In this document: piece by piece, positions 27,592 to 37,779 of the stretch
Layout of the letters: every line of letters starts with the position of its first letter
Position numbering within the stretch: position 1 is the first letter of the stretch
IMG/VR virus record: IMGVR_UViG_3300028840_001562
Reading direction: 5' to 3' (one strand)
Source: an uncultured virus (IMG/VR IMGVR_UViG_3300028840_001562)
Taxonomy: Duplodnaviria > Heunggongvirae > Uroviricota > Caudoviricetes
Length of the DNA: 64,000 bases
Notes under the pieces: generated by a model
What the model saw: only the letters and a program-made list of their open reading frames with translations
Told to the model about the DNA's origin: nothing
Database searches by the model: none
Made by a program: the position numbers and the translations under genes

Positions 27592-28218
27592 ATGGCTGTT
27601 GTTGATGAGCTTAAACGTAGCTTTGCTGAAGCGCGACGAGGCGCGAAGATGAGAGCCGCTGACGTACAAAGGCAAGGGCAGCAGCAACTAAAGAGGGCTG
27701 GCGTTGTTCTTGGTGTTGGTGGGTCTGGTGCGATCGCCAAGGAGGCTGGTAAGCAGAGGCGCAACATTATGATGCAGACTGGCACTGAGTTGTCTCAGCT
27801 TGGAGCTGCGGAGGCTGGTGCATTAGAGCAACGAGAGGAACAGAAGAGGCAGAGAACGTTTGCTGAGCAGGAAGCCTTGAAGCAACGTGAGTTTGCAATG
27901 GGTGAGGCTGAGAAGGAGAGAGCGCAGCGGGAGCGTGAGTTCTCGAGGCAGTACGGGTTAGCACAGCAGCAGTTCGGCTTCCAGCAAGAACAGTTCGCAG
28001 AGGCTAAGAGGCAGTTCCAACAAGAGTTTGATCTAAACAAACAGATCAGCCTTATCAACTCAGCATTGGCTCTGAGAGAGTCTGATTTGGTCAACCCCAG
28101 GAAGTGGCGCGATCTTAGTGGCTTGTTGCAGACGCTGGGTCTTAGCTCACAACCAGTGGTGAGGCCTGTTGGTCGTGAAAACATGTATGGTCCATATACT
28201 GGATATGAATACGCATAG
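27592..28218 (+). CDS. Putative ejection (internal virion) protein
   Basis: Q/E/R-rich coiled coil after the tail genes. Confidence 0.55.
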   Translation: MAVVDELKRSFAEARRGAKMRAADVQRQGQQQLKRAGVVLGVGGSGAIAKEAGKQRRNIMMQTGTELSQLGAAEAGALEQREEQKRQRTFAEQEALKQREFAMGEAEKERAQREREFSRQYGLAQQQFGFQQEQFAEAKRQFQQEFDLNKQISLINSALALRESDLVNPRKWRDLSGLLQTLGLSSQPVVRPVGRENMYGPYTGYEYA

Positions 28219-28223
28219 GTGGT

Positions 28224-28568
28224 GTGATGGCTATTCAACCTGTTATCCCTAGAAAACCTGGGAGGGGCGGCCTTGCAGACTTTGCATCTGGCGCCCTAGG
28301 CTTGTTGGCGGCTATTCCTGGTCCACAGCAAGCTGTGTTGGCACCGGCTGCGGCTGGTGCCCAGTTTGGGCTAAGCCAAACAGACAAGGGTGGTCCAGCA
28401 CCCCAGTCACCTCTTGTCAGTGTTGCTAACAGGGATCCTGGCGTTCAAAAGCTCAGGGTTACTGAAGCTTCAGAGGCTTTGCAACGCACCACGTTGTTCA
28501 GTCCAGACCAGAAAGAGAGACTAGCTAAGACGCTAGGGTTTGCTCAGCAGAAATTTGGAGGGGCATAA
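28224..28568 (+). CDS. Putative ejection/pilot protein
   Basis: Gly/Ala-rich hydrophobic N-terminus. Confidence 0.5.
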   Translation: MMAIQPVIPRKPGRGGLADFASGALGLLAAIPGPQQAVLAPAAAGAQFGLSQTDKGGPAPQSPLVSVANRDPGVQKLRVTEASEALQRTTLFSPDQKERLAKTLGFAQQKFGGA

Positions 28569-29764
28569 TGGCCATTATCTCAGTACAGCCGATCCCCAAT
28601 AGAGAGAAGGACGACCTGGAGAAGATAGCTTTGGGTCTGCAGATCGCAACGTCAGCGTTGCAGATCCCGTTTAGCATTGCTGGGTTTATTAAGGATGCTA
28701 GGGCTGGGAAAGCAGATGAGCAGCTGAAGAAAATCGAGGCGGCTGGGAAGGTAGAGGCGCTTGAGCCAGTTAGAAAAACTGAAATGGTGCCACAGGCAGA
28801 AGATCCTATTTCGGCTGCCTTGACCACTAGAAGGGATGGTCTGATAGGGGTAACCAGATTAAAGCCCCAAGAGGGTCCTGGGGTTATGGCGTTGCCTGAC
28901 GTGTTCCCGTCTCAGCATGAAGCTGGAGTAAGGTTCAAGGCCATAAAAGACGACACTGCTGCCATTATGAAAAGACTTCAGATGTCAAAGCTTGCAGAGG
29001 ATCAGGCACCATTGACTGATGTGCAAAAGAAGTGGCTTGAGGGCATTGAACCCGGGTCTTCTGTGTCGATAAGGACGCAAGGCCAACTAGCGAAGAACTT
29101 GTTGCCCATTATGAGCTTTGCCCTGCAAAAGGGGAAAGAGGAGAAAAGAGTAGCAAAAGAAGAGAGAGAGCTTGACCTGACACCGGGTCAGTTGGCTATC
29201 GATAAGGCGTTTGCCAAAGATTATTCAGAGTTTGTTGCTGGCGGTGGTTTTGCTGATGCCAGAAAGAACATAGATCAGCTTAAGGACGTAAGAGATAAGT
29301 TGAAAGAGGGCAAGTCAAACTACACTGGCCCGATTATTGGAAGTGTCCCGAAAAGAATTAGAACCATCACCAACCCAAAATCTGTTTCAATGCAAGAGGC
29401 TGTTGAAGAGGTTGTGCAAAGAAACCTTCGCCTTGTATTGGGCGCGGCATTTACAGAGAAGGAAGGTACGAGACTCATCGAACGAGCTTATAACACATCT
29501 CTGGAAGAGAATGAGAACCTTAAGAGACTCAATCGTCTCATTAATCAAGTTGAAAGTGCATACAAAGCCAAAGAGTCTGCTGCAAATTACTTTTCCAAGA
29601 ACGGCACATTGAAAGGTTGGGTCGGAACATTGCCAGCTGGGCCGCAAGACTTCCTGAAGGAGGAAAGGGACCCTGACATCGAGGCATATTCTAAGCAGTA
29701 CAATCTTGAGTACGATCAAGCGAAGAAGATAATTGACAGGAGGAGAGAGGCCAGTGGCGAATGA
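28568..29764 (+). CDS. Putative ejection protein
   Basis: Helical; GAAFTEKEG motif; position. Confidence 0.55.
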   Translation: MAIISVQPIPNREKDDLEKIALGLQIATSALQIPFSIAGFIKDARAGKADEQLKKIEAAGKVEALEPVRKTEMVPQAEDPISAALTTRRDGLIGVTRLKPQEGPGVMALPDVFPSQHEAGVRFKAIKDDTAAIMKRLQMSKLAEDQAPLTDVQKKWLEGIEPGSSVSIRTQGQLAKNLLPIMSFALQKGKEEKRVAKEERELDLTPGQLAIDKAFAKDYSEFVAGGGFADARKNIDQLKDVRDKLKEGKSNYTGPIIGSVPKRIRTITNPKSVSMQEAVEEVVQRNLRLVLGAAFTEKEGTRLIERAYNTSLEENENLKRLNRLINQVESAYKAKESAANYFSKNGTLKGWVGTLPAGPQDFLKEERDPDIEAYSKQYNLEYDQAKKIIDRRREASGE

Positions 29765-31346
29765 TATAAATCTGGAAAGCCTTACTGCCAAACAAAGGGC
29801 GTTGTTGGCCCCTCCATCTGAAGAAGAACTTGCTGCGTCAAGAAGGGTGCTTCAGACGGCGCCAAGTGAAATAGAAATGCAAGAGACTCGCGTTGCGGAA
29901 GCAATGCCCAAGGTTGCGCAAGTGTCCACAGGCGAAGCTCTGGGGCGTGGCTTTGCGTCTGGTGCTACGTTTGGATTTGGTGACGAGCTTAGCGCTGTAG
30001 CAGAAAAGGCCATTGCGCTTGTTAGACAAAAGATGCCGTTTATGAGCGAGTCAGAGGTGGCCAATAGAGTACTCAGCAAGCCTCTTGGCGAGCTTATAAG
30101 AGAGAATCGACAAGAGATCGAAGAGACTAGGGAAGCCCGTCCTAAAACATTCATGGCTGGTGAAATGCTTGGCGGCATAAGCACCACTGCCCCATTAGGG
30201 GTTGCTGGGGCAACGAGGGGTGTGGCAGCCCCTGCGACTGGGCTGCTGTCTAAAGTCGTAAGGCCAGCTGCGGCTGTAACAAGGACGCTTGCAAGGCGCC
30301 CAGGGCAGACTGGGCTGCTTATAGGTGCAACAGGTGGGGTTGGAGAAGGTGAAGGCTTTAGCGGAAGGCTTGGCGCTGGCTTGATAGGTGGCGGCCTTGG
30401 TTATGGCATTGGCAAGGTGTTTGGCACACCCAAGAGCCTTGAAAACGCAGCACAAGATTATGGCAGGCGAGCTGTGGGGTTTATCAAGTCTACTATCAAA
30501 AAGGCTGGTGGTTTGGACAAGGTAAACCAATCAGTAGAGACATTGCTTGAAAAGGGGATCATAAGAGGCGGGATTTCGGAGATTGCCCAAAACATTGATA
30601 ATCTTAAGATGCAAGCCGGTCGCCAGATTGGGCGCATATTGAAAACTCTTGATAAGGCTGGCTTCAAAGCTCTCAACTCAGAGCAGCTTATAACCAAGAT
30701 AGCAAGCTCAAGGATGCCTGGGACTCAGAGAACTATAGGCGAGTTGCTTGAAGATCCGTTGTTTAAAGCCATCAAGAATCCGTTTCAAGAACTTGCCGAG
30801 TCCATTCGTTTTAACATAGGAGATGAAAGCACTTTTGCTGCAGCGCAAAACCTAAAACAGGCATTGAGACAGCGTGGTTGGAAGCTAGGAGAAGAGTTGC
30901 CAGGCAAAGAGCTGTTTAGAGAGGCGTATAAGATTGTATCGAACGCTGTTGATGAGGCTGTTACCAAAGCTCAGCCCGTTATTAAAAATAAGGGGTTGGC
31001 CAAAAGATTTATCGGCGCCAAGAAGGCCTATCAAGCTGCAAAGACAGCAGAAATTGGTGTCGAAGATGCCGTTCAAAGAATGGCTGGAAACAGAAAGCTT
31101 GGTTTGACTGACCTTATTTTTGTCAGCAACCAGTTGGCCCAGGGGAGGCCAGCAGCCGCAGCAGCAACTCTTGTAGGAAAGAAAATCATGGAGTCTGGAA
31201 CCGTTAAGAGTGGTTTGGCTAGGGCTGCGTTTGCAGCATCGAAGCAGATGCCGGCAGTACAAACGGCAGCAAAGTTGGCTGGTCCACCGGCTGTGGCAGC
31301 AACAACGCCGTTAGTTCGCAGGCCTCTTGCAGAGGGGGGAAGATAA
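29733..31346 (+). CDS. Putative large ejection protein
   Basis: GATFGFGDEL motif and Gly/Ala zipper typical of podovirus internal proteins. Confidence 0.6.
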   Translation: MTGGERPVANDINLESLTAKQRALLAPPSEEELAASRRVLQTAPSEIEMQETRVAEAMPKVAQVSTGEALGRGFASGATFGFGDELSAVAEKAIALVRQKMPFMSESEVANRVLSKPLGELIRENRQEIEETREARPKTFMAGEMLGGISTTAPLGVAGATRGVAAPATGLLSKVVRPAAAVTRTLARRPGQTGLLIGATGGVGEGEGFSGRLGAGLIGGGLGYGIGKVFGTPKSLENAAQDYGRRAVGFIKSTIKKAGGLDKVNQSVETLLEKGIIRGGISEIAQNIDNLKMQAGRQIGRILKTLDKAGFKALNSEQLITKIASSRMPGTQRTIGELLEDPLFKAIKNPFQELAESIRFNIGDESTFAAAQNLKQALRQRGWKLGEELPGKELFREAYKIVSNAVDEAVTKAQPVIKNKGLAKRFIGAKKAYQAAKTAEIGVEDAVQRMAGNRKLGLTDLIFVSNQLAQGRPAAAAATLVGKKIMESGTVKSGLARAAFAASKQMPAVQTAAKLAGPPAVAATTPLVRRPLAEGGR

Positions 31347-32057
31347 ATGGCTGCTCCATCGTTAAGCTACACACTGACAAACGGCACTGCAGCAGATGCC
31401 GACCAGGTGATGCAGAATCTGAACGATCTGCTGCTGGGATACACGGACGGCACCAAGGATCTGACAATCTCAGCGTTGACTTGTAACGGCAACGTGGCTT
31501 TAGGTGACGCATCGAGTGACACCATCACGTTCACTGGTCAGGCTGCTTCTGGGTTGGCGCCAAATGCAGACGGCACGTTAGATCTGGGAAGCACAACCAA
31601 CAAGTGGCAGAACATCTATGGAGAGTCGCTTAGGATAGACAATACAGCAACAGACGGCGGGGCGATCTACTTCGATGCTGGGACGACTGAGTACATAAAG
31701 GCGAGCGCAGACGGTACAAATTTAGAAATCGGCGGGTTCACGTCGTGGACTGGTCCATCGTCAAAATCGGCAATTTCTGGATGGGCGCATTTTACCGGAA
31801 CGGACACGCCAGTTACGATCAATGAAAGTTGGAATTTAGATTCCATTACAGATGGTGGCGCAGGAATTTATACAATGAACTGGGATGTAGATTTTGCTGC
31901 GAGTGGTGGATATTTCATAAGTGTTAGCGGGAACGCTCAAAGTCAAAGTATTTCAACGCGAGCCGCTGACAGTACGCAAGTGCGTTTTTATAACTTGGCC
32001 GGAACGTTGGTGGACTCGTCCATTTGTGCTGTGCTCGTAGGAGGTGCAAGGGTATGA
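31347..32057 (+). CDS. Tail fibre/spike protein
   Basis: NGT.ADA.QV..N adaptor, LDLGST..KW, S.NLDSITD.G.G.Y motifs. Confidence 0.7.
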   Translation: MAAPSLSYTLTNGTAADADQVMQNLNDLLLGYTDGTKDLTISALTCNGNVALGDASSDTITFTGQAASGLAPNADGTLDLGSTTNKWQNIYGESLRIDNTATDGGAIYFDAGTTEYIKASADGTNLEIGGFTSWTGPSSKSAISGWAHFTGTDTPVTINESWNLDSITDGGAGIYTMNWDVDFAASGGYFISVSGNAQSQSISTRAADSTQVRFYNLAGTLVDSSICAVLVGGARV

Positions 32058-32461
32058 TTAAAAACAGAGTTTATGAAATGCCAGACGGAAGTGTGCATGT
32101 TGTAACGTTTGCACCCAATGCAAGAAAGCAAGGGGAATCGGATCAAGACTTCGCAAACCGAATCTGGGAAAAGATGAAGCTCAAAGACCCCACGTTGCCC
32201 GATGCTTATGTCGATATAGAAAAAGCAGACATGCCAGAACGCGTTGATGCTGACGGTGTGTCGATACGAAATCAGTGGCGTTTAAAAAACAAGAAGCTGC
32301 AAGTAGATCCATCAGTCAAAAACTTTTATCGCAAGTTATACGATGACCAAAAGTCACTGGACGCCCTATTAGACAAAGATGAATGGACAGACCAGGAACT
32401 GAAGCAGATAGAGAAACTTCGCAACAAGGTTGAAAGGTGGAAGGCAAAACTGAGTGGCTAA
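32054..32461 (+). CDS. Putative tail fibre assembly protein
   Basis: ATGA-coupled to the fibre gene; DMP...RNQW motif. Confidence 0.5.
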   Translation: MIKNRVYEMPDGSVHVVTFAPNARKQGESDQDFANRIWEKMKLKDPTLPDAYVDIEKADMPERVDADGVSIRNQWRLKNKKLQVDPSVKNFYRKLYDDQKSLDALLDKDEWTDQELKQIEKLRNKVERWKAKLSG

Positions 32462-32924
32462 GTTCATCCTGCGTAAGAGTGTCCGCGCCCATGCGGACAA
32501 GCCCATTCTTGAGGAAAAGGGCGATCTTCTCGGCTTCGATGGAGTCTCTTGGGCTCGTATCCCCATAGGTGAAACAGAAGGCCATGTGCTTCAAGTCAGC
32601 AGCGCATCGACGTATGGTGTCAAGTGGAGTTCTACCACGGGGCAGACTGGCGTGCCGACAACAAGGAGTCTTGTTGCTGGTAACGGGTTGACCGGTGGTG
32701 GTGATCTAAGCGCTGACAGAACGTTTAATGTTGGGGCTGGCTCAGGCATCATTGTTGGGGCGGACGATGTTGCAATCATATCGGCCGGTGTAACGCCTGG
32801 TACATATCAAACGGCTGACATAACAGTTGATTACATGGGAAGAGTGACCTCTGCGGCAACGGGTGCTGGAGGTGGTGGTGGCACCTATGCACCATCGGAC
32901 AGCTTCCTTTTGATGGGTGGATAA
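32454..32924 (+). CDS. Fibre-like virion protein
   Basis: AGNGLTGGGDLSADRT and GVTPGTY...ITVD..GRVT motifs. Confidence 0.65.
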   Translation: MAKFILRKSVRAHADKPILEEKGDLLGFDGVSWARIPIGETEGHVLQVSSASTYGVKWSSTTGQTGVPTTRSLVAGNGLTGGGDLSADRTFNVGAGSGIIVGADDVAIISAGVTPGTYQTADITVDYMGRVTSAATGAGGGGGTYAPSDSFLLMGG

Positions 32925-33253
32925 TGGCGAACACGAACAAGATACTTGGCCAAGCCTCGTTGACGTCTGGTGCGACCATAACGGTGTACTCGGCACCAGC
33001 TGCAACGGAGGCTATTGTTAGCACCGCTTATATCTGTAACAGGGACAGTTCAGACACAACCTTTAGGCTCTTGGCGGCAGTAAGCGCTGCTGCGTCGGCT
33101 AACGAGCAGTATCTCTATTATGACGTGGCGCTTCCGGCTAATGACACGTTTGCTGCCACGGTGGGGATGACGCTTGGAGCGTTGGACGAGGTTAGGGCGT
33201 CGTCTCCTGATGGTGCTGTTAGTGTGACACTTTTCGGCGTAGAAGTAAGCTGA
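32924..33253 (+). CDS. Small virion protein
   Basis: KILGQ...YLYYD...FGVE family pattern. Confidence 0.6.
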   Translation: MANTNKILGQASLTSGATITVYSAPAATEAIVSTAYICNRDSSDTTFRLLAAVSAAASANEQYLYYDVALPANDTFAATVGMTLGALDEVRASSPDGAVSVTLFGVEVS

Positions 33254-33298
33254 TGTTATTTAACATGTTTCCAAGCGAAATAGCATAATGGTGACACT

Positions 33299-34222
33299 AT
33301 GAGCCACGGACCAACAAATCCAGGCAAAGACCCTGTTAGCATATCTGGCCCAGTGTCTGGAGTGATGAGCACTTCTGGCATTGTTGATGTTAGTGGCCCT
33401 ATAGGCATTACAGGAACGGTTAACACGTCAGGCACTGTGAACAATGCTCTTTCCGGAGTGTTCAGTGCTAGTGGTATTGTAGACGTTTCTGGCCCCATAG
33501 GGATAACCGGAACGGTAAACACGTCTGGAACGGTCAACAATGCTATCTCTGGTGTTGTAAGCACTTCGGGCATTGTGGATGTTTCGGGGCCTGTTGCGAT
33601 CACTGGAACCGTCAATACATCTGGAACTGTGAACAATGCCATATCCGGAGTGGTTAGCACGTCAGGCATTGTTGATGTGTCTGGTCCTATTGGGATCACG
33701 GGAACGGTTAACACGTCCGGGACGGTCAATAACGCCTTGTCAGGTGTGATGTCAGTATCTGGGCCTGTGACGTCGTATGTCCAGTTACAGACATCCAACG
33801 TATCTGAAACCAACCCCATGTATGTTGGTGCTGCGGTTGAGAACTCATGGCTATCTGTGGGGACTATCACGACAAGTTATAACGACGTGCTTACTAACAC
33901 GGTAAGCACTGACATCAGCAGGATAACTGGTTGCCTTTATGCTGACGTGTTCCTTTCCATTACCAAGGGGAACTCGCCAACAGACTTGCGGTTTTACATA
34001 GAAGGAACTGACGACTCTGTGAGTTATTACGCAATCAGGGATGGCTGGGAGTCCCTTTGGATATATGACGACACGATTGTTGGGAGTTCGGGACGAAGCG
34101 AGTGTTTGAGGATTCGCATACCTGCTGACACTTTCCGCATAAGAGTTCAGGCTGGTGGAACCACATCTTCGGCAACGTTTTCGCTGGACACCTTCAAGAT
34201 AAAACAAATCTCATTCAGGTAA
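33299..34222 (+). CDS. Ser/Thr/Gly/Val repeat fibre-like protein
   Basis: Four 32-aa repeats followed by a beta-rich C-terminal domain. Confidence 0.7.
   Translation: MSHGPTNPGKDPVSISGPVSGVMSTSGIVDVSGPIGITGTVNTSGTVNNALSGVFSASGIVDVSGPIGITGTVNTSGTVNNAISGVVSTSGIVDVSGPVAITGTVNTSGTVNNAISGVVSTSGIVDVSGPIGITGTVNTSGTVNNALSGVMSVSGPVTSYVQLQTSNVSETNPMYVGAAVENSWLSVGTITTSYNDVLTNTVSTDISRITGCLYADVFLSITKGNSPTDLRFYIEGTDDSVSYYAIRDGWESLWIYDDTIVGSSGRSECLRIRIPADTFRIRVQAGGTTSSATFSLDTFKIKQISFR
33374..33757 (+). repeat. 4 x 96-bp coding tandem repeat
   Basis: SGIVDVSGPIGITGTVNTSGTVNNA(L/I)SGVxSx with synonymous divergence between units. Confidence 0.9.
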
Positions 34223-34539
34223 TGGCTGGCTTTCTGGCATTGTACGACCCGGGCACCTATCAACAGGTGTGGAGCGCTGCAATAGGAAGCCCATGGAACT
34301 GTAACGCAGTTTGTTGGGACGGCGAAATGTTTTGGATTGGAACGTCTTTTTACATCGGCGCATACAAAGTTGATGATGCTGGTGCTTTAAAAAACGTATA
34401 TTTCGTTTCGACTAGGATAGTTTATAACGCAATCCAAAACGTGAATGGAATTTGCACTGATGGCGATGCGCTATATATCGCTGTTGACGTTAGGGTTGGC
34501 ACCCCTCCCGGCGCCGAAACGCAAAACGTCTGCAGGTAA
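34222..34539 (+). CDS. N-terminal part of the propeller-like protein, frameshifted at the junction
   Basis: Continues correctly into bases 1-618; here it loses frame after 34512. Confidence 0.7.
   Translation: MAGFLALYDPGTYQQVWSAAIGSPWNCNAVCWDGEMFWIGTSFYIGAYKVDDAGALKNVYFVSTRIVYNAIQNVNGICTDGDALYIAVDVRVGTPPGAETQNVCR
34369..34512 (+). repeat. Exact direct repeat of bases 1-144, copy 2
   Basis: Identity checked base by base. Confidence 0.97.
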
Positions 34540-34958
34540 TTAACGGAACAGGCAAGGGGACAGCAAACAACCCTACAGAAAATTATCAGGACGTGACTTT
34601 TGATGGTCGCCAGCTAACGACGATGCGCGAACCAAATTTCGGTGGAACTCAATATATGTATGATTTCCACCTAAGCGGAGGGGCATCTCCGTTGAAATCG
34701 ACGGTATGTGGCACGACAAACTTTTTAAAGGCGATTGCTTGGAATGGGAAACATTTTTTTGTTGTTAGGGAGCGCAGTGGCGGGATGTTGGCAGATGTAT
34801 TTGATTTGATGGATCGTGATGGGAATCTTTTGAAATCGGGCGGCAACCTTAACTTTAAGTCAGTCACAGGATTAGACTTCGGGCAATTTGAGAACAACCG
34901 AAGGATGGGGCCGCTCGGTAGTCTCAATGGGAAGTACATAGTAACAGTTTACAATTAG
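34513..34958 (+). CDS. Phage B homolog of the propeller-like protein (5' truncated)
   Basis: Aligns to 179-618; ends GKYIVTVYN. Confidence 0.75.
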
Positions 34959-34966
34959 GGGTTGGC

Positions 34967-35164
34967 ATGGCCGAAAGAAAAAAGAAGTTATGGATTAGGG
35001 TTGAACGGGAAAAGGTTCTCGAGGTTTGCAAAGCCACATGGCCGGATCTTTTCGAAAATGTTCTTTGGAAAGACGTTCAATTTATGGGTGACGATCCAGA
35101 TGATTCATCTTGGTTTGTGTTCATAACAAACATTCAAGATGACGATTCTATTTTGCCACGTTGA
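34967..35164 (+). CDS. Small hypothetical protein
   Basis: Syntenic with 627-824. Confidence 0.65.
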   Translation: MAERKKKLWIRVEREKVLEVCKATWPDLFENVLWKDVQFMGDDPDDSSWFVFITNIQDDDSILPR

Positions 35165-35206
35165 TTATGCTATGATGCCGACACAGCACCCCAGAAGGGG
35201 GGAACA

Positions 35207-35536
35207 GTGTCTAAAAAAAGGGGGCTTAGGTCTCTGGAGCAATGGAACATAGATGCAAGGCTAGGAATTGTTGTTGAACCGGAACAGTCAAAACATTGTG
35301 CGCCAAATACTGGAATCGGGTGTCCAAAATGCGGCGCGCACCTTACTGATTTATCGGGACACGTCGTGTTACAGGTAGTAAAAAAACATCCGTTGATTTT
35401 AGAAGAAAAACAAATTGTTTATTGTGGCGTATGCGGTTTCGGCGGTTGCCGAGAAATTGCCAAGAATAGGATAAACAAAAGATGGGTGAACGGAAATGGT
35501 GGAAAGCGGCGGAACTTCAAATCGGGAACGGAATAA
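35207..35536 (+). CDS. Zinc-ribbon protein
   Basis: PNTGIGCPKCGAH shared with 843-1169. Confidence 0.75.
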   Translation: MSKKRGLRSLEQWNIDARLGIVVEPEQSKHCAPNTGIGCPKCGAHLTDLSGHVVLQVVKKHPLILEEKQIVYCGVCGFGGCREIAKNRINKRWVNGNGGKRRNFKSGTE

Positions 35537-35810
35537 CGATCAGGTGCCCGAGATTTTTAGGGTACGGCGTGACCAGGCTGTCAGTGCTGTCGCCCTACCT
35601 GTTGTTATCACTATCATTGGTGTGCTTATTGCTTTCGGTCATAATTTTTACACAGATAGGGACCAACGCATCCAAATTGTACGCAAAGACATCCAGCATT
35701 ACATTGACAGGGAAATTGACAGATTAGAGGAAAGGCAAAACAAACAATTTGATAGAATTGAAAGGCGAATAGTTTGGATTGAACAGGTTGTTTCAAAGAG
35801 TGAAAAATAA
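35496..35810 (+). CDS. Single-TM coiled-coil protein
   Basis: QVPEIFRVRRDQAVS shared with 1150-1479. Confidence 0.7.
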   Translation: MVESGGTSNRERNNDQVPEIFRVRRDQAVSAVALPVVITIIGVLIAFGHNFYTDRDQRIQIVRKDIQHYIDREIDRLEERQNKQFDRIERRIVWIEQVVSKSEK

Positions 35811-36265
35811 TGGAGCATTGGAACAAATATAAATATTTTAGGCCCTTTGACACGTCTGATAATTGGGGCGATCCACAAAAAATGAACCCAGATTTGTTGG
35901 TTAGGCTCGATTCGCTTCGAAAATTTATAGGCCATGCGTTGCATGTAACGAGCGCATACAGGCAAATGGATAAAAAGCAACACGGCCTTGGAAACGCGGT
36001 TGACATTATTTGTCCCGCCTTTGAAGATCCTAGCGATTTATTCGATTTATATTTGTGTGCCGAGCGTTTTAATTTTACTGGTATTGGAATTTATGTTCAT
36101 TGGGCATGGCAAGGCAAAACGGTCGGCGGTTTGCATGTTGATGTTCGTGAAATTGAAGATGGGTTCCCCAAAGGGTCAAGGTGGTTATCCTATAGAACAC
36201 CAGGAGGGACCCAGGAATATACGTCCTTGAATTGTGAAACCATTCGATCATTTGGGTTAGTTTAA
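35810..36265 (+). CDS. Peptidase M15-family endolysin
   Basis: M...L...LD.LR, VTSAYR, H..G.AVD, GIGIY, LHVDVR. Confidence 0.85.
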   Translation: MEHWNKYKYFRPFDTSDNWGDPQKMNPDLLVRLDSLRKFIGHALHVTSAYRQMDKKQHGLGNAVDIICPAFEDPSDLFDLYLCAERFNFTGIGIYVHWAWQGKTVGGLHVDVREIEDGFPKGSRWLSYRTPGGTQEYTSLNCETIRSFGLV

Positions 36266-36873
36266 TGCTTTATTTCGAAATAGGCGACACGACGGTCCCA
36301 ATTCTTTTGTTATTGCTTGACGGTGGAGTTGCACAAACCGGAAAAACCGTTGAGGCTGCCGTGTGGAACAAGCAAAGCAATACATTCCTTGATTTCGATG
36401 ATAATACATTCAAGTCGAGCGCTTGGGTCGAAAAGTGGAAAACGCTAACCGACATGAACGGGACCGACGCGGATTTGGCGGGGTTTTATCGATACATTTG
36501 GGATTCATCTTCGCCTATCACTGTGCAAGGCGAATATGCGTTTTTGTTTAAATGGAACGACGGCACAAATGGCATCATAACATTGGACGATGTTTATTTT
36601 GACGAATCAGAAAGCCCGGCCAATATTGCAGACGCGGTTTGGGATGAAACAGCTTCCGATCATGTTGCTGCAGGATCGACCGGGTTAGAGCTAAAAAAGG
36701 TTCGCGCCGCTTTGATCAATCGACAGGAGCTTGCAAACGGATCGAGTAGCAATTTTGTTACTTACGATGATGACAACACAACGCCGCTCATGACCCACGA
36801 TGTTGTTGACAAAGATGATGCTGCAGTATCGCAATCGACCGGTGTTCCAGCCAAGCGGAGCGCACCGTCATGA
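36265..36873 (+). CDS. Putative virion protein
   Basis: IADAVWDE...H...GSTG motif. Confidence 0.6.
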   Translation: MLYFEIGDTTVPILLLLLDGGVAQTGKTVEAAVWNKQSNTFLDFDDNTFKSSAWVEKWKTLTDMNGTDADLAGFYRYIWDSSSPITVQGEYAFLFKWNDGTNGIITLDDVYFDESESPANIADAVWDETASDHVAAGSTGLELKKVRAALINRQELANGSSSNFVTYDDDNTTPLMTHDVVDKDDAAVSQSTGVPAKRSAPS

Positions 36874-37769
36874 CGCTAGTTACTAGGGGCTTAGGTGGCG
36901 GAGCTGCAGGGGATATTTATCAATTTAATACGCCGATAACGGGGTTGATTTCTAACCCAGTGTTGGAGGGGGTGATCAATTTGAGCGACAAGACTGGATA
37001 TTTGTCTTTTACAACGCTGAAGGGGATCATTAGCGGCCAAATTACAGTTCCGCCATATTATTGGCCTCCGACCGGTGACGGTGCAACAGAGGTTTGGCGT
37101 GTTGGAGCTGCTTCTGGTGATTTTTATTCCGAAGTGCAAGAGGAACTTTATACAGAATTGGATGCTGACGATACATATTATGGCAGGCCAGGCCCAACTG
37201 GAACACAGGATGTTGAATCGACATTTTATGACAACGATGCAAGCGATAAAAGAAGCGGGCACGGAAAAAACACGGTTAGCTCGACATTGAAACCAGGCAC
37301 GGATGACTTTCAACTGTTCGTTGCATTTAAAAGCAAAAGCGGTGTTTTTTCTGCGTATCAAGAGCTTTTCATTTTAGTTGCTGATAGTTTGAATCTTGCA
37401 GACGGTGGTTTTCATTTTTGGAACACTTCCACAACTTGGTATTTGAGTGTTTTAGATTCTGCAGGGAATGAGCACAATACAACGTGGGCAAGCAGTGGTG
37501 CCGGGTGGGAAGATGATACTTGGTATTTTGTCCGATGGTATGCTGACAGGTCACTGACTAAGGCGCGGTTGTGGGTCGATGGTGTTGAAAAAACCACCGG
37601 TAAGCTCAACGATGATTTGAGTTCGTTGGGCACAATTAGCCCGTCAAACATCAATGTTCGCTTGGCTAGGAATTTCAACGAATCAAGCAGTTCTTTGCGG
37701 CTTCATGGCAACTTGTTTGCAGTGGCATACGCCAAAAATCTGACCTATATTTGGCCATATTGGAGCTAA
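36870..37769 (+). CDS. Putative virion protein with a LamG/ConA-like domain
   Basis: DDTWYFV...ARLWVDG motif. Confidence 0.55.
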   Translation: MTLVTRGLGGGAAGDIYQFNTPITGLISNPVLEGVINLSDKTGYLSFTTLKGIISGQITVPPYYWPPTGDGATEVWRVGAASGDFYSEVQEELYTELDADDTYYGRPGPTGTQDVESTFYDNDASDKRSGHGKNTVSSTLKPGTDDFQLFVAFKSKSGVFSAYQELFILVADSLNLADGGFHFWNTSTTWYLSVLDSAGNEHNTTWASSGAGWEDDTWYFVRWYADRSLTKARLWVDGVEKTTGKLNDDLSSLGTISPSNINVRLARNFNESSSSLRLHGNLFAVAYAKNLTYIWPYWS

Positions 37770-37779
37770 GGGGGTTAAA

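Larger units (their letters stand above)
1..34368 (+). mobile_element. Phage A: apparently complete circular(ised) podovirus-like genome, about 34.4 kb
   Basis: Bases 1-144 are repeated exactly at 34369-34512. TerS, TerL, portal, capsid, tail and lysis genes are present; no tape measure or sheath gene. Confidence 0.85.

Noticed and set aside
33256..33870. 204-aa repeat ORF on the minus strand; also considered as a CRISPR array
   Set aside because: Antisense shadow of the coding repeat; units are contiguous, have no spacers and vary at third positions
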